This document shows, piece by piece, positions 56,931 through 64,000 of a DNA stretch of 64,000 bases. The first letter of the stretch is position 1. Each line of letters begins with the position of its first letter. The notes below the pieces were generated by a model, which ran no database searches, had not been told where the DNA came from, and was given only the letters and a program-made list of their open reading frames with translations. The stretch is from an uncultured Methanoregulaceae archaeon (GTDB lineage Archaea; Halobacteriota; Methanomicrobia; Methanomicrobiales; Methanospirillaceae), in contig CAWJAX010000002.1 in NCBI GenBank assembly GCA_963841015.1, positions 64,001-128,000 on the forward strand, read 5' to 3'. The position numbers and the translations under genes were made by a program.

Positions 56931-57142
56931 GGCTCAGTAGAATTCCTTTTCCCTTGATATGAAATTCCCCGATGCGGTACGATTCCCGAAGGAGGGGACA
57001 TGCCTGTCCTCCATGCCGCCCCTGCGCAGGGGCGCATGAGGACGTAGGCACCTGTTCGGGAGTTATCGCATCGGGGAGCCAGCATCGGCGAGGGTGAAAC
57101 CCCTGAGCGATAGGACTTGTAATTGAGCATTTCTACAGAGCA
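56931..57142. mobile_element. 212-bp MITE-like element with imperfect TIRs and 8-bp target duplication
   Basis: agataccg at 56923-56930 and 57143-57150; ends ggctcagtagaattcct / agcatttctacagagca; internal hairpin 56966-57077. Confidence 0.75.
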
Positions 57143-57169
57143 AGATACCGCGAAATCCTGGTGTAATGC

Positions 57170-57733
57170 TCAGATAAGCGCGGGAAAGACTGTTAAAAGG
57201 ATACAGATGCTGATCGGAACGACCAGATTGTCATCAACAGGGGAGAACATTTCGATAATTCCTGCGATGACAGCAACGATAAGAGCCCCCTGAATCGAAA
57301 TGAACATGAGCAGCACAAGGAACGTGACAAAAATCCCCGTTACTGTCCCTTCTAAGGATTTTCCGTTATAGATACGTGTCCTGCCAAACCTGATCCCTGC
57401 GATGGTTGCAACCCCGTCCAGAACAGCGAACGACACCAGTGCCGGTACAACAACTGCGACCGGGAAAAGGATAACGCAGGTCAGCGCACTCCCAACAAAA
57501 TAGAGTGCACCTTTTCCCGGTATAGGATCATTCCGATCTACATAGTTCACAACTGCAGAGAAGACAGGAAGGGTATAACCACGGAGGATCAGATCGATGA
57601 GGACCAGGCCAAAAAGGAGACCCCCGGCAAGAACCGCCATTGCAGTAGTATGGTCGAGGACAAGCACAATCGCCGCAATACCCAGGCCGAAGATTACATG
57701 AATAAATTTTCGCGCCAGTTCCTGCATCATGAA
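57170..57733 (-). CDS. dolichol/phytol kinase-like (cytidylyltransferase-family) membrane protein
   Basis: ELARKFIH..., DGVATIAG..FG..., KSLEG, VDDNLVVP. Confidence 0.85.
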   Translation of the reverse strand, partial: FMMQELARKFIHVIFGLGIAAIVLVLDHTTAMAVLAGGLLFGLVLIDLILRGYTLPVFSAVVNYVDRNDPIPGKGALYFVGSALTCVILFPVAVVVPALVSFAVLDGVATIAGIRFGRTRIYNGKSLEGTVTGIFVTFLVLLMFISIQGALIVAVIAGIIEMFSPVDDNLVVPISICILLTVFPALI

Positions 57734-57848
57734 TACTAGGTGAAACGAACGGTAAAAAAGTTCTGGATCTCTCACCCCACTGGTGAATGATATGCGGCAC
57801 GTAATTCCGCGTAATAAAAAATATCGAAAATTGTAAGAATAGTAAGAT

Positions 57849-59259
57849 CTACGCGTTCTTTTGCGCTTTTATCTCGCCTGATTCTATTGCGTCAAGGAAC
57901 AGCTCACAATCCCGTTCGGTCTGTTCTGCGTAGAGTTCTGCAAACGTCCCGATTGCCCGGTCGAAGACATCGGATTTCCCTATATACCCATAGATCGTGG
58001 GGGCATCGCCCGACCGGGCATGAGCACGGGCGAGGGTCCAGCCACATACCTCGGCATAGCCGGCCAACTGCCATGGCTTCATGATCGAAATATCGACGGA
58101 GTATTTCATATCCCGGAAGCTGCCGGATATAAAAGTGCCGTTTATATTTGCCGGTGCCGGTTGTCCACCCGAGCATCATGTCGCTCGCCGACTGCATCAG
58201 GCGCTGGCCGACCACGATCCTCTCTCCCTCGTGGCTGAATGCACTTTTTCCTGCATAGGGTTCCAGGACAGAAGCACGTGCCTCTTTGATCTGGAGGAAG
58301 AGGGGGTCATTCTCTTCTGCTACAAAAAGCGCCACACCGCACCAGGTCCCAACGCTCCCGACCCCGACAACCTTGTTTGCAATATCTTCCAGGTGATACC
58401 TGTCCAGCAGCACCCGGCGTTCATAGGGCAGGGTTTCACGATACGCCCTGAGCGTATCAATAGCAATTTCAGGAACCTGTTCTTCAGGAGGAGAATGGTA
58501 CACGAGCGGGACCTGGTCAATGATAAGTCGCCTCCCCTCATGGACCTGGGTAATTTTGGGAAATACATAATCTGCGATATTTGCCCGTGCCTCATCCGCT
58601 ATCCGCTGCCGGTTTTTCTTCGCCTCGGCATTCGGTGCCTTTGCAATCAGCGTGTCGGCATCGAGCTTCGCATACCAGACATCAAGTACGTTCATAGCGG
58701 AAAACTGTGCAATTGCCTCACGATATGCCCGGACACAGGCTCTTGTGATCGTAGTGCAATCCTTGTCTGAAAAATCATTATCCAGGGCGCCAACAAAAAA
58801 ACTGGTCGCAAGACGCTTGATGTCCCATTCAAAGGGTGCCGGGAGGGTTTCATCGAAGTCGTTGATATCAAAGATAAGGTTCCGCTCTGGTGTGGCAAAC
58901 AAACCGAAATTGGAGAGATGGCAGTCACCGCAGGCCTGGACCCGGATACCGGAAGTCGGGGTCTTCCCAAGGTCCATTGCCATCAGGGATGCTGTACCAC
59001 GGTAAAAGGCAAAGACACTCTTAGCCATACGGCCATAGCGAATCGGTATCAGGTGCTGGAGCCGGCCTTCACTTGACTTTTTTATAACTTTAACCGGATC
59101 AGTCCGGTCTGAGGCAATCTCGAATTCAGCATGCGACTCCCTGGGGATCTTTGCCCGCAGGGCTTTTCCTTCCTGCCGTCGCTGTTCAGCCGTCTTGTAA
59201 TCAACAATAAATCTGGCAATACCAAACGCATCGCGTTTCACCGTTGTTCCCGCGATCAT
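57849..59259 (-). CDS. DUF2252 family protein, frameshift near 58115
   Basis: PIRYGRM..S.FAFYRG, CGDCHLSNFG, FDINDFDE, KVVGVGSVGT, LARAHARSGD. Confidence 0.9.
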
Positions 59260-59550
59260 AGTTCCCCTTCACCGTCCCTGCAAGCCGTGTTCCTTTTAAC
59301 GGCTCACTAGTATCCTCCCCTTTTGTCCCGATAGTGTAAAGATTTTCTGGTACTTTCATTTTTTGCCCTTATTCGTTACACTCATACCTCCTCTGGTTCC
59401 AGGCAGCAGTATTAATACCATGAATTTATTATCACTGAAATGTTTACGTTGTCCAGGTATGGTAATAGGAAATGTCCACGATACCGTACGAATCAGGGGA
59501 GCCTCGTGTTTTATTCCAGTCTCAACGGAAAAAGTATTGCGGGGTGAGAT

Positions 59551-61288
59551 ATGTCTCAACCTGATGAAATCCCAAAAAAAACCGGAAAATTCCCAATTCT
59601 CGAAGGAATCCTCCCGATACAAAAAGCACAGGTACCGCTGGATATCATTGCAGGGATCAGCCTTGCAGCACTGGCGATTCCCGAAGTGATGGGGTATGCA
59701 AAAATTGCGGGTGTACCGGTGGTCTTAGGTCTCTATACCCTGCTGATCCCCATCACAGTGTTTGCCCTTTTCGGGTCTTCCCGCCATCTGGTGGTAGGGG
59801 CAGATTCTGCAACCGCAGCGATCCTTGCCACAACGCTCATAACAATGGCCGTACCCGACTCTCCCCAGTATATTGCACTCGCTGGAATGGTTGCCCTTCT
59901 TGCAGCAGCTTTATTAATCCTCTCGCGTATCCTGAAACTCGGTTTTATTGCAGATTTTCTCTCCCGTGCAGTGCTGATTGGGTTCCTGACCGGGGTGGGA
60001 ATCCAGGTGGCACTGGGCCAGATTCCTGGCATGTTCGATGTTCCGAAACAGGGAAACGGCCCACTCATGCAGGCAGTCCACGTGTTCACCCAGGAAATTC
60101 CCCTGATGAACAGCATCACCGTGTTGCTTTCAATCCTGGTCCTGGTCATCATCTTTGCAGGGAATCATTTCCTGAAAAAGGTTCCCTGGGCCCTCCTCGC
60201 CGTTATCGGGACCATAATCGCGTGCCAGGCACTGAACCTTGAAGCCCTTGGAGTAACAACCATCGGCACGGTAACCGGTGGCCTTCCTGTCATCGCATTT
60301 CCGGTCGTACCCCTTGACCAGATCCCCGAACTTCTCGGCATTGCCCTGGCTTGTTTCCTGGTAATTCTTGCCCAGAGTGCAGCTGACCTCCCGGGCATAC
60401 GCATTACGGTATGAAGAAAAATTCGACGAGAATGTTGATCTTGTCGGCCTCGGTCTTTCCAACGTTGCTGCCGGCATGTCAGGAACATTTGTCGTAAACG
60501 GGAGCCCGACAAAGACCGAGATGGTAGACAGTGCCGGGGGAAAAACCCAGCTGGCATCAATTGTCACGGCAGGAATTGTGCTCATCGTATTGCTGTTCCT
60601 TACTGAACCGCTGTCCTACCTGCCGAATGCAGTGCTGGCAGCAATAGTGTTCACCATCGGGATCCGGCTTATCGATATCAATGGTATGAAAAACATTCTT
60701 GCCCGCCGCCCGGTTGAATTCGGTGTAGCGCTCCTGACAGCACTGACAGTGATCTTTATCAGTGTAGCATGGGGGATCATGATCGCGATCGTGCTCTCCA
60801 TTCTTGCCCATCTCCGCCATAGTTACCACCCCGGGGATGTCCTCCTCGCTAAAACATCCCAGGGGGACTGGAAGTCAGCTCCTCTTGCATCAGGAGAGCA
60901 GGCTGCACCGGGATTAGCGATCTACCGCTTCGGGGCAAACCTGTACTATGCGAATGAAAGCCGTTTCACAGAAGAAATTCTTGGCCTCGTGAAAAAAGCC
61001 AGCCCATCACTGAAATGGTTCTGCCTGTCCGCATCAATGATCGGTGATATCGATTACTCTGGCTCTGAATCAATCAGACAACTCCACGGGGAGTTGAAAA
61101 AACGTGGTGTCGTGCTGGTGCTGAGCGATCTCGATGAACAGGTAATGAAACAATTAGATCAGGACAAGATCATGGACCTGATCGGAAAGGACCATATATT
61201 CAATTCCTTCCGCGACACAGTTGTGGCATACCAGAAAGTATACGGGGGACCTGAAGATCATGCGATGGAGAGACGGACGCAGAAGTGA
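59551..61288 (+). CDS. SulP-family anion transporter with STAS domain, frameshift near 60385
   Basis: DIIAG......IPEVMGYA.IAG, FGSSRHL, VNGS...T, YRFGANLYYAN, DIDYSG. Confidence 0.92.
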
Positions 61289-62121
61289 TAATGTCGAAGA
61301 CCAGCGGGGACGGGGGGTAAGCCGGGGGGCAATCGGCGGCGGCATCGGCCTGATCATTATTGTTGCTATCGGGCTGCTGTCGGGAGCTGATCCGTTGACC
61401 ATTCTGGGTGCGATTATCGGGCAAAGCGGGAGTTCGCTGGACGGGTTGACCCCCTCTGCACCACTGACAGCAGCTGACAACGAGTCAGCCGATTTTGTAT
61501 CTGTTGTCCTGGCCGATACGGAAGACACGTGGCTGGTTATTTTTAAAGAACAGGGAAGGGTCTATCAACAACCCAGATTAGTCCTGTTCTCCGGCGGAGT
61601 CGATTCCGCGTGCGGGTTTGCCCGGTCGGCGATGGGTCCTTTTTATTGTCCGACTGATCAGAAAGTGTATATTGACCTGGACTTTTACCGTGAGTTGAAA
61701 GACCAGTCTGGGAGCCCCCGGCGATTTTGCCCAGGCATATGTCATCGCCCACGAGGTGGGTCACCATGTGCAGAACCTCATGGGAACCTCAGACCGGGTC
61801 CAGGGAATCCAGAGCCGGAGTGATGAGGTCACGGCCAACAGGTATTCAGTTATGCTGGAATTGCAGGCCGATTGTTACGCGGGTGTATGGGCATATCATG
61901 CTGACACGTCACGTAACGTTATTGAAGCCGGGGATATTGAGGAAGCCATGAACGCAGCCGCGAAGATCGGTGATGATGCCCTGCAGAAACAATCACAGGG
62001 CTATGTCGTACCTGACTCTTTTACCCACGGCACATCCGCGCAACGGATGAAATGGTTTAATGCTGGCTTTGTAAGCGGGGACATCGAGTCCTGCGATACG
62101 TTCAATGTGGTTGTAGTATGA
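61260..62121 (+). CDS. neutral zinc metallopeptidase (YpfJ-like), frameshift near 61705
   Basis: [56 protein letters not shown]. Confidence 0.92.
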
Positions 62122-62494
62122 TCATCTCATCAGGACTTTTTTTAAAAAAAGGGTAAAGTGTTATTTCAGCCCCTAAATTTTTCATACAATCATTTGAAAA
62201 TACTACTCCAATCGATAGTTATCACGCTCCTGGGTGTTTCGGCAAAGCCTTCACCCCCGCCGCTGTGGCGACCCCCCTATCGCGATAGACCCGAATACAG
62301 GAGCCATCAACACGAAAAAGAATGCTTGAAAATCATAGTCACTTTTTTCATTCCCGTTTTAGTGATATAATTTTTTTTAAAATGTCGTCGTAAGAATAAA
62401 AAATTCAGGGGCTGGATTGGTACATTACCCAATAAAAAAAAGATTTATCTAAAGATGAAAAAAGGGTCTGCTATTCACACCACCCGGGTGCCGC

Positions 62495-62641
62495 TTACTT
62501 CTTCTTTCCCGTTTTACTGTCATACCCGCAATGGTTGCACGAATAGCTCCCGTCGGGTCGAATCCTGATGCTGGAAGCCTGACACTGGTCACATATAGGA
62601 CGATCCTTTTTCACATGCCTGGTTTGTTGTTGTTTATCCAT
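62495..62641 (-). CDS. 48-aa zinc-ribbon microprotein
   Basis: Manual translation MDKQQQTRHVKKDRPICDQCQASSIRIRPDGSYSCNHCGYDSKTGKKK*. Confidence 0.65.
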   Translation of the reverse strand: MDKQQQTRHVKKDRPICDQCQASSIRIRPDGSYSCNHCGYDSKTGKKK

Positions 62642-62820
62642 GGGGATTGATTGTCATCTTCCCATAAAAAGATGTACGGTGGAGTCTGTCTGTCCGCCAT
62701 CAGACAGGTCTGGAGGGTAAACCATGACGGGACCTGAGCGGAGGACCTTTCCCTAATTTCCCGCAAAAACTATTTTTCAGGATACAACTATTCATACATC
62801 TATCACAAAAAGGATCATTC

Positions 62821-63366
62821 ATGGCAGCTGCAACGGACCCGGATACCTACCTCGATACAATATGTTATCCCGTAGATCGGTATCTCCCCGGTTTTGCCTT
62901 CCGGGGTGAGGAATGTCTTATCAGTGCGCTGATAACCGATGCTCTCCTCAATGAACCGGTTGGATTTGAACGTATCAGGACCCTTCCTGTTGACAAGAGC
63001 CTGGTGACGATCGGGGATTTTATCCTGGACTTTGTAATCATCGACAATTTTGCCACAAAAGAACGGTACACTGCACAGCAGATTGATGATTTCTGCCAGT
63101 GGTACGGAAAAAAAGAAAACCTCCGGTATTTTGCCAAAACCGGCTTTCAGTTACCCAAGTACATCCTCTGGGGTCCGGGTGAACGAAAACAACAAAAATG
63201 GGATCAGCTGGCAACAACTATCCTGGCAGACCGGTTCGGGATGCTGGTTGCCGTACTATACCTTGAAAAGGGTATTGATGCAGTGATGGAATTCTTACAC
63301 AAACATCATTTTTTTAAAGAAATTGACAAATTGGCAGGTCATATGGCGGCAGGTGATGCACGATGA
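62821..63366 (+). CDS. RNase III-like domain protein lacking dsRBD, degenerate catalytic motifs
   Basis: ALITDA..., LVTIGDFILD (cf. LEFLGDAVL), LADRFGMLVAVLYLEKG (cf. ADxFEAxxGAxYLD.G). Confidence 0.7.
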   Translation: MAAATDPDTYLDTICYPVDRYLPGFAFRGEECLISALITDALLNEPVGFERIRTLPVDKSLVTIGDFILDFVIIDNFATKERYTAQQIDDFCQWYGKKENLRYFAKTGFQLPKYILWGPGERKQQKWDQLATTILADRFGMLVAVLYLEKGIDAVMEFLHKHHFFKEIDKLAGHMAAGDAR

Positions 63367-63737
63367 AACCCCCCCGACCTTCCACGGCACCCGGCACCTG
63401 CAGCCGCTGCGGAGAGTGCTGCCGCTGGCTCCCGATTGTTCTCATCCGCCAGTGCAAGCCCCACCAGCTGCAGTACCTCCGCGAACGCGGTCTTAAGGAA
63501 GCGGACGGCTTTTTCCTTGCCGATGCCCCGTGCCGGCACCTGCGTGAAGAGGAGCCTGATGGCCGCGGGGTCAGGAGGTGGGGGTGTGCTGTCTACGACA
63601 GGAGACCGGCCACCTGCCGGGACTTCTGCGGCAGGACCCTGAGTGGCGGGAAGCGCTATTACGTTCCCGAGGGGTGTACGATGGCAGGCAACAGGGGCGG
63701 AGAGATGGGAGATGGACGGGAGGACGAGGCGGAATAA
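63363..63737 (+). CDS. YkgJ-family CxxCxxCC cysteine-cluster protein
   Basis: CSRCGECC..PC.HL..CAVYDRRPATCRDF. Confidence 0.88.
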   Translation: MKPPRPSTAPGTCSRCGECCRWLPIVLIRQCKPHQLQYLRERGLKEADGFFLADAPCRHLREEEPDGRGVRRWGCAVYDRRPATCRDFCGRTLSGGKRYYVPEGCTMAGNRGGEMGDGREDEAE

Positions 63738-63851
63738 CCGATCCTAAGGAGAAGAAATACCCGCACTCTGTCGTAGTGTTTCCAGTTTTTTAGCACGAAA
63801 CGAAAGACTATCGCCTCAGGACAATAATACCAGACCATGCCTCCTGGTTTC

Positions 63852-64000
63852 ATGTATTCCGCCTATCCCCTGCATCCGGTCTTTGGCCTGGGATTTATGA
63901 TGTTCACCTGGCTCATCCAGCTGGTGATTGCCTATTTCGTGTATAAAGATGCAAAAGAGCAAAACATGAGTGCCCCCCTCTGGTTCATCCTGGTGATCCT
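63852..64000 (+). CDS. membrane protein, partial
   Basis: MYSAYPLHPVFGLGFMMFTWLIQLVIAYFVYKDAKEQNMSAPLWFILVI runs off the window. Confidence 0.65.
   Translation, partial: MYSAYPLHPVFGLGFMMFTWLIQLVIAYFVYKDAKEQNMSAPLWFILVI

Noticed and set aside
3603-62121. Widespread frameshifts as mass pseudogenisation or programmed frameshifting
   Set aside because: Single-base indels hit unrelated genes with intact motifs, often at short homopolymers, and differ between otherwise identical 567-bp repeat copies. This is typical of unpolished long-read error.

Overview
Accessory-rich 64-kb region that looks like a methanogenic archaeon, probably Methanomicrobiales/Methanoregula-like. This is inferred from DUF61, wHTH-PAS and REC-PAS proteins, PKD/PGF-pre-PGF surface proteins and a WWIRRQNPALF tail. 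There are no rRNA, tRNA or CRISPR loci. About 25 single-base frameshifts split otherwise intact genes and most look like long-read indels. Main content: a cyclic beta-1,2-glucan synthase (GT84+GH94) with an adjacent ABC exporter; a ~9.5-kb multidomain surface protein with six near-identical 567-bp repeats; a three-gene Rhs module (multi-pass membrane protein, Rhs with intact autoprotease core, small YD/double-zinc-ribbon protein); an Fe3+-type ABC operon; an MgtA-like P-type ATPase; SulP; DUF2252; a tandem GIY-YIG protein; and a degenerate RNase III-like protein. Non-genic structure read from the DNA: three same-strand 3'-end remnants of one PD-(D/E)XK nuclease family, two of them bracketing the giant surface gene; direct-repeat DUF61 copies bracketing the glucan synthase block; a ~100-bp intergenic repeat in three copies; and a 212-bp MITE with an 8-bp TSD and a ~110-nt hairpin. 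The best candidates for undescribed biology are the membrane-coupled archaeal Rhs module and the gene-fragment-bracketed cargo accretion pattern.
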